A stretch of 64,000 nucleotides of DNA, taken from positions 1 to 64,000 of the forward strand of contig PBHC01000012.1 of assembly GCA_002719295.1 (NCBI GenBank). Direction: 5' to 3'. Source of the stretch: Chloroflexota bacterium (GTDB lineage Bacteria; Chloroflexota; Dehalococcoidia; Lucifugimonadales; Lucifugimonadaceae). The number at the start of each line of letters is the position of its first letter. Within the stretch, counting starts at the first letter, position 1. The notes under the pieces are model-generated. The model made no database searches. It was not told where the DNA came from and worked only from the letters and a program-made list of their open reading frames with translations. The translations under genes and the position numbers were made by a program. Shown in pieces: positions 38,877 to 49,974 of the stretch.

Positions 38877-39537
38877 ATTATTTAAAATATGTGATTTTGG
38901 ATTACGCTTTACCTTTTTTCTTTTTGGGGACTTGAAAATTGAAGGATTTCAAAACATACCTAAAAATAAATCTGTTTTAACAGTTTCAAACCATCTTTCA
39001 ATTATTGATCCTGCATTATGCGCCTCTGCTGTAGGAAAAGAATCAAAATTTTTAGCAAAGAAAGAATTATTTAAGTTCCCATTTAACATTTTTTTGAAAT
39101 TTTATGGAGCCTTTCCTCTAAACAGAGGTAATCTAAATATATCTGCAATTAATTGGGCTAAAGATCAATTATCTTTAAAAAATAATTCTCTTCTTTTATT
39201 TCCAGAAGGAACTAGAAGTAAAAATCTAAAATTAAATAAAGGATTTAATGGGGCTGCTATTATTGCAATTGATACAGATAGTATCATTTTGCCTATATCA
39301 ATTTCAGGGTCTGAAAAATGTAAAAACTATTTGCAATTTTTATTTCCTAAAATGTCTGTAAAAATAAATATAGGGGAACCATTTAAAATCAATTCACTTC
39401 CTGAAAATAAAAACAAAGATCTATATGACAATATAACCAAAGAGATTATGCATAGAATTTCAATTTTATTACCAACAAAATATGTTAATGAATCAAATAA
39501 TCAAATAAAAAAATATAAGTATACGAGGACAATATAG
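38869..39537 (+). CDS. plsC: 1-acyl-sn-glycerol-3-phosphate acyltransferase
   Basis: NHLSIID (NHxxxxD), AKKELF, FPEGTRS. Confidence 0.9.
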   Translation: MSKLFKICDFGLRFTFFLFGDLKIEGFQNIPKNKSVLTVSNHLSIIDPALCASAVGKESKFLAKKELFKFPFNIFLKFYGAFPLNRGNLNISAINWAKDQLSLKNNSLLLFPEGTRSKNLKLNKGFNGAAIIAIDTDSIILPISISGSEKCKNYLQFLFPKMSVKINIGEPFKINSLPENKNKDLYDNITKEIMHRISILLPTKYVNESNNQIKKYKYTRTI

Positions 39538-39538
39538 C

Positions 39539-40618
39539 GTGGAATTAAATGATATTTCATCAGATTTTTTTTACTTGAATTCTGTAAAACAATCTCAATT
39601 ATCAAAATTTGCAGTTAAGGAAGAAGATGCAATTAGGGCAATTGAAGAACCTAAGCAAGGCTTGTATAGAAACGCATTCCAGATTGATAGAGACAGAATC
39701 ATACATACTAATTCTTTTAGAAGACTAAAACATAAAAGCCAAGTATTTGTAGCGCCTGAAGGGGATCACTATACTACAAGATTGACTCATGTAATTGAAG
39801 TGTCTCAAATTGGAAGAACAATATCTAGGGCATTAAACTTAAATGAAGATTTAGTGGAAGCGGCATCTCTAGGCCATGACCTAGGACATACTCCTTTTGG
39901 ACATATAGGAGAGTCAGCACTTGATGAAATATTAAATACTGGATTTCATCATTCTATTCATTCAGTGAAAATAATTGAATCATTGGAAAAAAATGGAAAA
40001 GGATTAAACCTTACAAACTATGTAGTTGAAGCAATAAGAAGGCATTCCAAAAAACAGGGCAATTTTTTGACAGAGGAATCTGTTCAAGGAATGTCTATAG
40101 AGGCTCAAATAGTGAGAATTTCAGATGCATTAGCATACTTAAGTCATGACATTGAAGATGCTAAAAGGTCAGATTTTCTTAGCAATAAAAAGATTCCTGA
40201 TAACATGGCTCATTTTTTCAATTTATCTAGATCTGAGAGAATAAATTATTTTGTTACCGATGTAGTGATTAATTCTTGGGATTGCGCAGGAAAAAGTTCT
40301 AATATTAATCCTTATATAAAAATGTCTAAAAAATGCTCATCTTCAATGACAGAACTTAGAAATTATATGTTTGAAAATTTTTATCTTCCAGTTAGCGATT
40401 CTATGCAAGGGCAATTAGCCAATAAAATCATAAAGTTTTTATTTAATTATTACTTTGAAAACTTTAAAAAAATTCCCACTAAATATCTTAAAAAAGAACA
40501 AAATAGAGAAGAAATTATTTCTGATTTTATATGTGGCATGACTGATCACTATGCTATTAAAATTGCAGAAAGCATTTCTCCTGGGATAGCTAAAAACTTA
40601 AAATTCGAAAATATTTAA
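39539..40618 (+). CDS. dgt: dNTP triphosphohydrolase (dGTPase-like, HD domain)
   Basis: DRDRIIH..FRRLKHKSQV, RLTH, HDLGHTPFGH, HDIED, GMTD. Confidence 0.92.
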   Translation: MELNDISSDFFYLNSVKQSQLSKFAVKEEDAIRAIEEPKQGLYRNAFQIDRDRIIHTNSFRRLKHKSQVFVAPEGDHYTTRLTHVIEVSQIGRTISRALNLNEDLVEAASLGHDLGHTPFGHIGESALDEILNTGFHHSIHSVKIIESLEKNGKGLNLTNYVVEAIRRHSKKQGNFLTEESVQGMSIEAQIVRISDALAYLSHDIEDAKRSDFLSNKKIPDNMAHFFNLSRSERINYFVTDVVINSWDCAGKSSNINPYIKMSKKCSSSMTELRNYMFENFYLPVSDSMQGQLANKIIKFLFNYYFENFKKIPTKYLKKEQNREEIISDFICGMTDHYAIKIAESISPGIAKNLKFENI

Positions 40619-40677
40619 TTAAATAAATAAATAAAAAAAAATTCACTAAAAATTAACATTAAAAGCTGTCCAACTTT

Positions 40678-40713
40678 TATAATAATCTGTACACTAGGGT
40701 AAAGTGTATAGGA
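40678..40713 (+). promoter_or_regulatory. Putative dnaG -10 box and leader hairpin overlapping the SD
   Basis: TATAAT 40678-40683; CTGTACACT-AGGGTAA-AGTGTATAG 40687-40711; AGGA 40710-40713. Confidence 0.45.
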
Positions 40714-40721
40714 ATTAATAA

Positions 40722-42584
40722 ATGCCCTCAGATTTGAAAGACACAATTAAAGAAAAAATTGATCTTTTAGATTTTTTGGGTACCAAAGGCATTGTTTGGC
40801 AAAATCAAGGATCTATACCCAAAGCACTATGCATTTTTCATGAAGAAAAAACCCCATCATTTACGTTAAGTAAAGATCGAAAGAGGTATAAGTGCTATGG
40901 TTGCAACGAAAGCGGAGATGTTTTTGATTATTTGATGTCTGCAGAGAAGCTAACTTTTGTTGAAGCTATTAGGCAACTTTCATCATATTTATCTTTAGAT
41001 TACGATGATAATACTTTTTCTGATGAAATTGAAAAACGGAAGAAAACTAATATTATCCTCAATGAAGTATTTGAAGTAAATAATCTAGCTCAAAATTATT
41101 TTTCTAAGCAAATCTTTGATGAATCTTCAGAGAACTCTGAAAATGTCCGCAATTATCTTGAAGAAAGAGGAATTTCTTCAGAATCAATCAAGAAAAACTT
41201 TATTGGTTATTGTCCAGATGGAAATATGGGTAGTTTGATGAATTTTTTTCAATCTAATAAAGTAAATAAAAGAGGAGTATTAAATTCTAATCTTCTTTCA
41301 AAAACAGATGATAACGACTGGATAGACTTTTTTAGAAACAGGGTTACTATTGCAATTTTAGATGAAAAATCAAATATAGTTGGTTTTTCCGGCAGGTCAT
41401 TGCATGAAAATTCTAAAAGTAAATATATAAATTCTAGAGACAGTGAGGCATTCAATAAATCTGCTATTCTTTATGGGCTAGATAGAGCTTCTGAAAACAT
41501 AAAACTTAAATCTCAAGTGGTAGTTGTTGAAGGATACTTTGATTGTATTTCAGGATATGATAGAGGTTATAAAAATTTAGTTGCAGCAATGGGAACTCAA
41601 ATAAGTTCAGAAAATTTTGAAAAATTAAGAAGACTTGTTACGTATGATTCTGCATCTGGAGAAATAATTTTTTGTTTTGATAATGATTCTGCAGGAAAAA
41701 AAGCAGCCATAGATACAATTGATAAATTGAAAGATAATATTTCTAGTGCTACAAAAAATATAGATAAAAAAATACGTATAAAAATATGTTTTCCTTCTTC
41801 AGGTAAAGATCCGGATGAGATTTTCAGAACAAATCCTGTTGAATGGGAAGATATGATTAGTTTGGCTCAGAACTTTATTGATTATTTAATTGAATATTAT
41901 TCAGAACTTTATTTAAAAGGACCTCAAAAAGACACATATAAATTTTTAGATTTACTTTTACCTTTTATTATTGAATCATGTGATGAAGTTCAGCAATCTT
42001 TTTATCTTTCTAAAATATCTAAGCTGACAGATTTAAGCTTTGATTTGTTGAAATCAGAGTCTTCTAATTTAAGTAAGTCAAAGTATAGGAAAAACACTAA
42101 AACTATAAAAGATGAAGATAGAATCAGAAGAGTCATATTCAATCCTGAAAAAGCACAAGAAAAACATTTTTTAGCTATACTAATGGATTCAAATGATTTA
42201 TTTGAAAATGTTAAAGATATAGAAGATGTTTATTTTTCAGATTTACATTACAGATCCGTATTTAAACTATGGAAGCAATCACAGGAAGTAATTGATAGAA
42301 AAAGACTATCGGAAGACCTGATTTTTATTTATGATGAAATAGAGGATTATATAAAAAATGATTTTTTAGTTGATCCTGATTTAAGTAAAGATATTGAGCT
42401 TGAAAATGTTAAGAATAGACTTGCTATTGATTATCAAAAAAGAAAGCTTAATGAAGCTGAAATGCGCTTACTAGAGCTTGAAAATAATGAACATAAAGAT
42501 GACGTTGCAATTACATCTTTGATGGATGAGTTGGTTAAGATAACGGAAAATATAAAAGAACTAGAAAGGAGCGAGGTAACTTGA
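40722..42584 (+). CDS. dnaG: DNA primase
   Basis: CIFH.EKTPSF...CYGC zinc finger, [32 protein letters not shown]. Confidence 0.96.
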   Translation: MPSDLKDTIKEKIDLLDFLGTKGIVWQNQGSIPKALCIFHEEKTPSFTLSKDRKRYKCYGCNESGDVFDYLMSAEKLTFVEAIRQLSSYLSLDYDDNTFSDEIEKRKKTNIILNEVFEVNNLAQNYFSKQIFDESSENSENVRNYLEERGISSESIKKNFIGYCPDGNMGSLMNFFQSNKVNKRGVLNSNLLSKTDDNDWIDFFRNRVTIAILDEKSNIVGFSGRSLHENSKSKYINSRDSEAFNKSAILYGLDRASENIKLKSQVVVVEGYFDCISGYDRGYKNLVAAMGTQISSENFEKLRRLVTYDSASGEIIFCFDNDSAGKKAAIDTIDKLKDNISSATKNIDKKIRIKICFPSSGKDPDEIFRTNPVEWEDMISLAQNFIDYLIEYYSELYLKGPQKDTYKFLDLLLPFIIESCDEVQQSFYLSKISKLTDLSFDLLKSESSNLSKSKYRKNTKTIKDEDRIRRVIFNPEKAQEKHFLAILMDSNDLFENVKDIEDVYFSDLHYRSVFKLWKQSQEVIDRKRLSEDLIFIYDEIEDYIKNDFLVDPDLSKDIELENVKNRLAIDYQKRKLNEAEMRLLELENNEHKDDVAITSLMDELVKITENIKELERSEVT

Positions 42585-44080
42585 AAGAAGATACTAGCGA
42601 CAATGATAACTTAAATGACAATCTATATATTGATAATGTAGATACGAATGCAGGAATAGATAAGGTGTTAATTTCTACTTCCTCTAGTTTAGATGATGAG
42701 GAAGATTTATCTGCGGGTCCATCGGGAGATACCTATGCCCAAAACGATGACCTTATGAATATTCTTTCTAAGGGTAAAAAAGAATTTAAGGATACATACG
42801 AAGATCCTATTAGGATGTACCTGAAAGAAATTGGTGACGTTAAGCTTTTATCTAGAAAAGATGAAGAAGTTTTAGCCAGAACAATTGATTTAAAATATAA
42901 ATATAAAAATATGTATGATGAACTGGATGAATCTAGTCCAGATTTAATAAATTCCATAGACTTGATTAAACAAATTTTTGAATCTTTAGTAACTTTAAAA
43001 CCAATTTTAGAATCTATAGGCAAATTTTATGGAGTGACTAAAACAAACGCATTATCATTAAGCTACCTGGCTTCTCAGGAATCAGAAATAAATAAAATAC
43101 ATGGTGTTTATTCTGAAGATTTAATAAAATATGTCGCAGATGTAAATAATATTTCAAATGACGAGGTTACTCAAAAAATAAAAGAACTTTCAGACTTGCT
43201 AGGACTTATACCTCCTGACCTCACAGAATTACTTGATGATGATTTTACTAAATCTAATTTAAAAAATGCTTTAAAGCACAAGGATTTTATAGATCAATTA
43301 TCAATGTATAAAATGATAATTGATAGTCATTTTAACCAAATCCTTTCTCGATCTGATCTAGCTCAAAATCATTTAGCTGAAGCAAATCTTAGACTAGTTG
43401 TTTCCATAGCAAAAAAATATATAGGTAGAGGACTGACTCTTCTAGACCTTGTCCAAGAAGGAAACATTGGATTAATTAGAGCAGTAGAAAAATTTGACTA
43501 TAGAAAAGGGTTTAAGTTTTCTACATATGCAACATGGTGGATAAGACAATCAATCACAAGAGCTGTAGCAGATCAATCTAGAACTATTAGAATTCCTGTT
43601 CATATGGTTGAACAAATAAACAAAATACTTAGAGTGTCTAGGAGATTAGTTCAAGAAAAGGGAGTTGAACCTACTTCTGATGATATCGCTAAAGAGCTTG
43701 ATATGGATACAGATAAAGTAAATGAAATATTGAAAGCTTCCCAAGATCCTATATCTTTAGAAGCTCCTATAGGTGAAGAGCAAGATTTGAACTTGGCCGA
43801 TTTGATTGAAGATCAAAATGCTGAATCTCCACAAAATTCAGCATCAAAAAATTTACTTAAATCTCAAATAATTGAAGTACTTGAAACTCTTTCTCCTAGA
43901 GAAAGGCAAGTTATAGAATATAGATTTGGTATAAACGATAGTAGGCCAAGAACTCTAGAAGAAGTAGGCCAGACATTTGGTGTAACAAGAGAAAGAATAA
44001 GGCAAATAGAAGCTAAAGCTCTAAGAAAATTAAGACACCCTACTAGATCACTTACACTAAGAGACTATCTAGATTTTTAG
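42581..44080 (+). CDS. rpoD: Primary sigma factor RpoD/SigA
   Basis: [69 protein letters not shown] start after GAGGT. Confidence 0.97.
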   Translation: MKEDTSDNDNLNDNLYIDNVDTNAGIDKVLISTSSSLDDEEDLSAGPSGDTYAQNDDLMNILSKGKKEFKDTYEDPIRMYLKEIGDVKLLSRKDEEVLARTIDLKYKYKNMYDELDESSPDLINSIDLIKQIFESLVTLKPILESIGKFYGVTKTNALSLSYLASQESEINKIHGVYSEDLIKYVADVNNISNDEVTQKIKELSDLLGLIPPDLTELLDDDFTKSNLKNALKHKDFIDQLSMYKMIIDSHFNQILSRSDLAQNHLAEANLRLVVSIAKKYIGRGLTLLDLVQEGNIGLIRAVEKFDYRKGFKFSTYATWWIRQSITRAVADQSRTIRIPVHMVEQINKILRVSRRLVQEKGVEPTSDDIAKELDMDTDKVNEILKASQDPISLEAPIGEEQDLNLADLIEDQNAESPQNSASKNLLKSQIIEVLETLSPRERQVIEYRFGINDSRPRTLEEVGQTFGVTRERIRQIEAKALRKLRHPTRSLTLRDYLDF

Positions 44081-44105
44081 TTTTTAGTTATTAACTAAAC
44101 ACTAA
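44077..44105 (+). terminator. AT-rich inverted repeat at the rpoD stop (possible weak terminator)
   Basis: TTAGT-T-TTTAGTTA-T-TAACTAAA-C-ACTAA. Confidence 0.3.
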
Positions 44106-44173
44106 TCAATTTGATTTTGTACTAAATATTTTATATATTTATAGTATATAAAGTTAAATACAAGGTTTATTTT

Positions 44174-44413
44174 TTGACACTTTCTGAACTAGAAAACTAT
44201 TTGATGATAGCATTTTTGGCTATTTTTTCATTCTTAGGTATTTTTATAATAATTTTCTTAATATTTATATTGAGAAAAATTAATCAGATCAAAGTTCAAT
44301 TAGATAGTGCCAATGAAAAAATAGGTTCATTTAAGGAATCCTTAAATGTAATCAACAAATCTTTAGATATATTTAGATCAATATTTGGGAAATCAAAAAA
44401 AAATAAAGAATAG
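44174..44413 (+). CDS. Small TM plus coiled-coil protein (DUF948-like position upstream of YtxH)
   Basis: One long hydrophobic helix then heptad-like segment; AAGG SD, TTG start. Confidence 0.65.
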   Translation: MTLSELENYLMIAFLAIFSFLGIFIIIFLIFILRKINQIKVQLDSANEKIGSFKESLNVINKSLDIFRSIFGKSKKNKE

Positions 44414-44416
44414 GAA

Positions 44417-44665
44417 GTGATAATGTCTTCAGAAGACTCTTTTTATAAAGGCTTTTTTTATGGAGCAACATTGGGTTTCATTGCAGGCATAATATATGCT
44501 CCTAAAACAGGTAATGAGACTAGAGAAATATTAGGTGATAATATTAAGGATTGGAAAGTTAGGGCAAATGATCTTGTAGATTCTGCTAAAGAACGATTGA
44601 ACAATGCTGTTCAAGAAGGAGCAGAGGAATCTAAAAGATATAGACAAGACTTATATGAAGAGTAG
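44417..44665 (+). CDS. YtxH-domain protein
   Basis: GFFYGATLGFIAGIIYAPKTGNETRE. Confidence 0.88.
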   Translation: MIMSSEDSFYKGFFYGATLGFIAGIIYAPKTGNETREILGDNIKDWKVRANDLVDSAKERLNNAVQEGAEESKRYRQDLYEE

Positions 44666-44666
44666 T

Positions 44667-45509
44667 TTATTTAGGGTATGAGCCAAGGACTTTAAGTAAA
44701 GATGTAATTTTTGATAATTCATCAAGTGCTTCAGAAATTACAACATCCTTTACGTGACCATCAAAATCAATTATAAAAATATAATTACCAATTTCGTTAC
44801 CCTTGGGTCTGCTTTCAATCTTTGCTAGATTGATATTTCTTTTTGCAAAACATTCAAGTGCCTTAAATAATAAACCAGCTTCATCAGACACTTTGAAATC
44901 AAAAGCTATAGACGTTTTATCGTTTCCAGATCTATCATTTTGATAATTAGAAACAATAACAAATCTTGTAATATTATTTTTATAATCCTGTATCCCTCTT
45001 ACTGCGATATTACAGTTATTGATATCAGCAGATCTAGCATTAGCTATTGCGGCAACACTATTGTCTAAATTTTTTAAATCTGAAACAGCTTCTGCTGTAG
45101 ATGGATATTCAGTTAATTTAATATTTTTTATTAAGTTTTGTTTAATCCATAAATTACATTGATTTATTGCTTCAGGCTTACTGATAATTTCTTTTATTTT
45201 GCTTAGATCGCTTATTGTATTTTTTGTTATTAAACATGCCTCGATAGGCAGTAAAACTTCTTTGTTTATGTATAAATTTTTTGAGTTTATAAGAAAATCT
45301 ATTGTTTCAAGTATTGTTCCTACTCTGGAATTTTCTATTGGAACGATCCCCTTATTATAATCTGAATTTTCTACATAATCTAACACGTCATATATTGTTT
45401 TTTTAGGAGATAATAAAAGTTCATTGTTCCTGGTGTAGATTAAAGCAGCCTCTTCACTATAAGTGCCACTAGGGCCTAAGTAACTTAAATTTGTTTCTTT
45501 GTTAATCAT
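44667..45509 (-). CDS. pheA: Prephenate dehydratase with ACT domain
   Basis: YLGPSGTYSEEAA, VPIENS, STAEA, NITRF, INLAKIESRP, LGSYP. Confidence 0.93.
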   Translation of the reverse strand: MINKETNLSYLGPSGTYSEEAALIYTRNNELLLSPKKTIYDVLDYVENSDYNKGIVPIENSRVGTILETIDFLINSKNLYINKEVLLPIEACLITKNTISDLSKIKEIISKPEAINQCNLWIKQNLIKNIKLTEYPSTAEAVSDLKNLDNSVAAIANARSADINNCNIAVRGIQDYKNNITRFVIVSNYQNDRSGNDKTSIAFDFKVSDEAGLLFKALECFAKRNINLAKIESRPKGNEIGNYIFIIDFDGHVKDVVISEALDELSKITSLLKVLGSYPK

Positions 45510-46140
45510 TATTTTTATAGTTTATAGTGCTTTGAATTAATATTTTATCAAGAGGATTTAATGTATTGCTAAAGTTATGAGAAATTGAACCAGAGGAAGA
45601 TATGATTGCTATAACCTCAGTTTCTTTACTTAAATCAACATCATTAATTGTTTTTCCTACTAAGCTTGAGTCATTTCCCACAGAAATAACCCTTATTTCA
45701 GTATGGTTATCAGTATTTGTATAAATCAATTGATCAAACTTGTTTGATATAAAAGAATTTAATTTTTCACTTATCATTTCATCATAATCAATAGCAAAAT
45801 CAAATTCATCTCCAGAAAAATATTGTTTGTTAGATATTTTATTTACTAACGATATGGAAACTACATCATTATTTAGGTGTTTGGCTAATTTAACTGATAA
45901 AAAATTCTTATCATCTTTTAAGTTTGATGCAACAAAAAAATTAGCTCTTTCAATTCCGGCTTCAATTAATGTACTTTTATTGCTAGAACTTCCTAGAATA
46001 CTAACAAACCCAATTTCTTTTTCTATTATTTCAGATTTATTTTTATCTTGTTCTATAAAAGTTATTTCATTGCCCTCAGATATCAATTTTTTAGATAGAT
46101 TTATAGTGATATTGTTTATTCCAGATATAATAATATACAT
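45502..46140 (-). CDS. Divergent TrkA-family RCK protein (N and C domains)
   Basis: MYIIISG, EGNEITFIE, LIEAGIERA, DDKN, SSLVGKTI; glycine-rich loop eroded. Confidence 0.7.
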   Translation of the reverse strand: MYIIISGINNITINLSKKLISEGNEITFIEQDKNKSEIIEKEIGFVSILGSSSNKSTLIEAGIERANFFVASNLKDDKNFLSVKLAKHLNNDVVSISLVNKISNKQYFSGDEFDFAIDYDEMISEKLNSFISNKFDQLIYTNTDNHTEIRVISVGNDSSLVGKTINDVDLSKETEVIAIISSSGSISHNFSNTLNPLDKILIQSTINYKNND

Positions 46141-46147
46141 ACGTCTT

Positions 46148-46546
46148 TTAACCCTTCACCAAGTAAGCGAAATCTTGATTATCTAGTTCTGTAGGATTTA
46201 TAACAGATATATTCATTTCTTTATATATTTCGTAAATTTCAATGTCATTAATCAACAATACTATTTTTTTATTAGGTTCGTTATGAATTATTTTTTTATG
46301 AGAGAATGAGTTGAAGGAGTCGGATTCTGTTAATAAAAATATAATTTCAGAAGATTTAGCTATATTTGGAATTTCGTCTTCCAAGTTATTTTTGGTTAAT
46401 ATTTCTATTTTTTCTTTACTCTTATTCTTATTTTCAAAGTTATAATCGTGTTTATCTGAATAAACGCTAATCTTTTCAGTGTGGTTTATTATTTTATTTA
46501 TTACATAATCTGTAATTTGAGATGTTCCAATTATTGATATATCCAT
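46148..46546 (-). CDS. Divergent stand-alone TrkA-N-like protein
   Basis: MDISIIG start, LTESDSFN, IY..MNISVINPT; operon context. Confidence 0.5.
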   Translation of the reverse strand: MDISIIGTSQITDYVINKIINHTEKISVYSDKHDYNFENKNKSKEKIEILTKNNLEDEIPNIAKSSEIIFLLTESDSFNSFSHKKIIHNEPNKKIVLLINDIEIYEIYKEMNISVINPTELDNQDFAYLVKG

Positions 46547-46552
46547 AAAAAT

Positions 46553-46966
46553 TTAAACTTTTAATAGTTGTATTGTATCTGCTTCAGAATGCTTATTAAT
46601 GTATTCAAATTTATAATTTGAATCATTTTTATTTTTTCTATAAAAAATAATATCCGCACTAAGTCTTTTTGATTCTTTTACTATACCTACGCCAGCGTTT
46701 CTTGATTGTAAAAGAATAAAATTTTCTCCATTTAAATCGTAGTTTATTTTTTTTGTTAGTAAGTATTTGTTCACATCACTCAATATATTTTCTCCAATAT
46801 TTATCTCACTCCCTATTTCATAGTCAATGTCATATTTTACAGGCACTTCAATAACATACAAAAAATAAACATTTGTAGAATATTCTTTTATAAAAGGAAC
46901 TACACAATCAAGAATTTCTTCATTTTTTTCCTTTTCTAGCAATAAAATTATTTTTTCAGGATTCAT
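46553..46966 (-). CDS. Universal stress protein-like
   Basis: FLYVIEVP, LLQSRNAGVGIV.E....ADII. Confidence 0.65.
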   Translation of the reverse strand: MNPEKIILLLEKEKNEEILDCVVPFIKEYSTNVYFLYVIEVPVKYDIDYEIGSEINIGENILSDVNKYLLTKKINYDLNGENFILLQSRNAGVGIVKESKRLSADIIFYRKNKNDSNYKFEYINKHSEADTIQLLKV

Positions 46967-46967
46967 G

Positions 46968-47627
46968 TTACAGAAGTTTATTTATACTATTATTATTGCC
47001 TATTATGCATAATTCATCGTTTTCAGACAGAATTTCATCTGATGAAGGATAAAGTACAAGAGAATCGCCTCTTTTAATCGAAACTACGGTTAACTTTTGA
47101 GAGCCTGGCTTATTCTCAAATCCAGCCTCAGTTAATGTGAATCCTATAAGCCTGTCAGGAACTTTCATTTTACTTATTCCCAAGTTAGTCGATAGTTCTA
47201 AATATTCTTCGACTATTGGTGTGAATAAAGTATTTGCTAGTCTATCTCCCATTTCTTCTTCTGCAAAAATCACTCTATCACAACCTAGTCTGCTTAGTGT
47301 ACTCTCATGCAAAGTTGAAGATGCTCTTGCAACTACAGTATTTAAATTTAAGGTTTTTAATAAAACTGTAACCATCACTGATACCTCAATATCTGCACCT
47401 ATTGCAACTACACCTACATCAAAGTCTTGCACTCCTAGTTCTCTTAAAGCTGTTTCTGATGAAGCATCTGCTGTAACAGGATAGGTTACCTGTCCAATCA
47501 TTGATTGCACTTTTTCCTCATCATGATCAATAGCCATAACATCATATCCAAGTTGATACATTTTACTAGCAAAACTTGTTCCAAATCTTCCTAGTCCTAT
47601 AACAACAACCTGAGGTTTTAATTTCAT
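46968..47627 (-). CDS. ktrA: TrkA/KtrA potassium-uptake regulatory subunit
   Basis: VIGLGRFG, VMAID, VVAIG, RCK-C domain. Confidence 0.88.
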   Translation of the reverse strand: MKLKPQVVVIGLGRFGTSFASKMYQLGYDVMAIDHDEEKVQSMIGQVTYPVTADASSETALRELGVQDFDVGVVAIGADIEVSVMVTVLLKTLNLNTVVARASSTLHESTLSRLGCDRVIFAEEEMGDRLANTLFTPIVEEYLELSTNLGISKMKVPDRLIGFTLTEAGFENKPGSQKLTVVSIKRGDSLVLYPSSDEILSENDELCIIGNNNSINKLL

Positions 47628-49111
47628 TATCCGATCCTTACTATTTCATAGGCAGGTTTTGCATTTTCTCTTTTACTTTTTCCAACGAACATAATTGCCA
47701 ACAACATTGGACCAAACCTACCAATTATCATTAAGAATGACATAAGCACTTTAGAAGAGTCATTAAGGCTACCAGTAATTCCTGTAGTTAGACCAACATT
47801 TCCAAATGCACTTACACACTCAAAAAGTAATTCTCTAAATATGGTATCAGGTTCAAAAGATGAAATAATCATAAAAGAAAATATTATTAGAAAGATAGAA
47901 AAAATAAAAATAATTAAAGATCTCCTAATAATATCATGGTTAATTGTTCTTCTAAAAATTGTCACTTCTTCTTTACCTATAATTGTAGATATTAAAGAAA
48001 TAGCTATTATCGATAATGTGCCTATTTTTATTCCTCCTGCAACTGATAATGAACTCCCTCCTATAAACATTAGAGCGATAGTAGTAATACTAGTACTATT
48101 GTGGACCAAATTATAATCTATCAAAGAAAACCCTGCCGTTCTAGTAATACTATGAAAAATCGATAGAACAATTTTTTCTTTAATATTTTCTTCAGAGATT
48201 GTTCCTAAATTTGACCATTCTGAAAATAAAAATTGTACAGATCCTAATATCAATATTAATACAGTTCCAAACAGAATCACCTTGAAATTTAAAGTAAAGA
48301 AAATATCTTTATATTTAGATTGAAGAAAAAGTTTTCCGTTAGCGAATAATTCTAGAATGAAAGGATATCCTATGCTTCCTAAAATAATTAGAATCATTGT
48401 AATGTTAAGCAAATAAGCATTTTCTTTTATAGTTCCAATGCTTCCTCCATTAGAATCTTTTAAAATATCAAAACCAGCACCATTAAATGCTGAAATTGAA
48501 TGAAATATTGAATTGAAAAAAGTCCCATAATCATTTCCAAAACTTTTTCCTTGCCAAAGGAAATACATAATGATAAAACCAATAAACTGAAATATTACAC
48601 TCATTATAAATATATTTAGCACTAATTTAATTGAGCTCCCAGGGGCTATTTTAGAAGGAGTAGCATCTGAAAGACTCTCATTTATAAGAATTTTTTGTTC
48701 AAGATTTAATTTCTTCCCAAAAAAAATATAAATAATAAAACCTGCTCCCATCATAAACCCTAAACCTCCTATAAATGACAAAACCATTATTACTGAAAGT
48801 CCAAAAGTACTCCATGCCTCTTCTGATTGAAAAGGAGTTAGCCCTGTAACAGTTACAGCAGATGTAGCTACAAAAAAACTATCAACTAAAGATATATTTT
48901 GAGCACCTTTACTAGAGAAAGGTAAAAAAAGTAAAAAAGTTCCTAAAATTATGAATAAAACTAATCCATATAAGACTATTAAGGGAGAGTTAATGCCTCT
49001 GTTAGATCTTTTTCTAGATTCTATTTTTATAATCTCAGGTGCTAATTCAAGAGATCTTTTAATTTTATGGGTAATATTCCCATCTATATTAATATTTTTA
49101 TTTTGATTCAT
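47627..49111 (-). CDS. ktrB: TrkH/KtrB potassium-uptake membrane subunit
   Basis: Four pore glycines (TVTGL, NGAGF, RTAGF, GNVGL), GGIK, GRFGP. Confidence 0.9.
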   Translation of the reverse strand: MNQNKNINIDGNITHKIKRSLELAPEIIKIESRKRSNRGINSPLIVLYGLVLFIILGTFLLFLPFSSKGAQNISLVDSFFVATSAVTVTGLTPFQSEEAWSTFGLSVIMVLSFIGGLGFMMGAGFIIYIFFGKKLNLEQKILINESLSDATPSKIAPGSSIKLVLNIFIMSVIFQFIGFIIMYFLWQGKSFGNDYGTFFNSIFHSISAFNGAGFDILKDSNGGSIGTIKENAYLLNITMILIILGSIGYPFILELFANGKLFLQSKYKDIFFTLNFKVILFGTVLILILGSVQFLFSEWSNLGTISEENIKEKIVLSIFHSITRTAGFSLIDYNLVHNSTSITTIALMFIGGSSLSVAGGIKIGTLSIIAISLISTIIGKEEVTIFRRTINHDIIRRSLIIFIFSIFLIIFSFMIISSFEPDTIFRELLFECVSAFGNVGLTTGITGSLNDSSKVLMSFLMIIGRFGPMLLAIMFVGKSKRENAKPAYEIVRIG

Positions 49112-49184
49112 TGATTAAATAATTTTTATTTATTCATATATAGATTATACTTGTATCACACGATTAAGTTTTTTATATATTTTT

Positions 49185-49973
49185 ATGTCCATGCACTCAC
49201 TTGAAATAGTTCCTAAACAATTAGATAGGTTAAAATTTCTTCCTGATAATAAGTTTGAAGATGTTTTTGTAGCATTTATTCCTGGAGATAATTATACAAA
49301 TATAGTAAATGCTTCTAAGTCTCTTTTAGAACTAAATTATAACCCTATTCCTCATATTCCTGCTCGAACAATTAATAATGAAGATGAATTAGACAATTTT
49401 TTAAAAAACTTACATTCTATTGGAGTAAAAGAAGTTTTAGTTATTGGGGGAAGCCCTAAAAAACAAGAAGGTCCTTTTTCAAAAAGTATGGACTTATTCA
49501 AAACAGGACTTTTTGGAAAATATAAATTTAAAATTAATATAGCTGGACATCCTGAAGGAAATCCTGATGATTTAGATTCAGATATAAATTTATTGGAAAA
49601 ATCTAAATGGCTTTACGAAAATAATTTTATTTTTTCAATAGTCACTCAATGGACACTTGATATTGATAAAACAAATGCATGGATACTTAAAATCAAAAAT
49701 GAAATTATAAAAAGAAATTTAGGTGAAAATGTTAATATAAAAATTGGAATAGCTGGTCCTGCAAAACTCACCACATTAATCAATTATGCTAAAATTTGTG
49801 GAGTTTCTGCAACTGCATTGATTGTAAGAAATAAAAAATTGAGCCTCACAAAACTAGTAAAGCATAATCCATCTGAAATTATTTCAGGTCTTGAAAATTA
49901 TGATCAATTACATTTTTTCCCTTTTGGAGGAATCAAAGAGTTAACTGGTTGGATAGAAAAAAAAGAAGGATAA
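49185..49973 (+). CDS. metF: Short methylenetetrahydrofolate reductase-like protein
   Basis: PIPHIPAR, LVIGG, IAGHPEG, VTQW, GIAGPA, CGV, LHFFPFGG. Confidence 0.78.
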   Translation: MSMHSLEIVPKQLDRLKFLPDNKFEDVFVAFIPGDNYTNIVNASKSLLELNYNPIPHIPARTINNEDELDNFLKNLHSIGVKEVLVIGGSPKKQEGPFSKSMDLFKTGLFGKYKFKINIAGHPEGNPDDLDSDINLLEKSKWLYENNFIFSIVTQWTLDIDKTNAWILKIKNEIIKRNLGENVNIKIGIAGPAKLTTLINYAKICGVSATALIVRNKKLSLTKLVKHNPSEIISGLENYDQLHFFPFGGIKELTGWIEKKEG

Positions 49974-49974
49974 T

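Noticed and set aside
34120..40618. MazG plus dGTPase as an anti-phage nucleotide-depletion system
   Set aside because: Both sit in housekeeping context (dgt-dnaG-rpoD), are not adjacent, and have no defence-island neighbours
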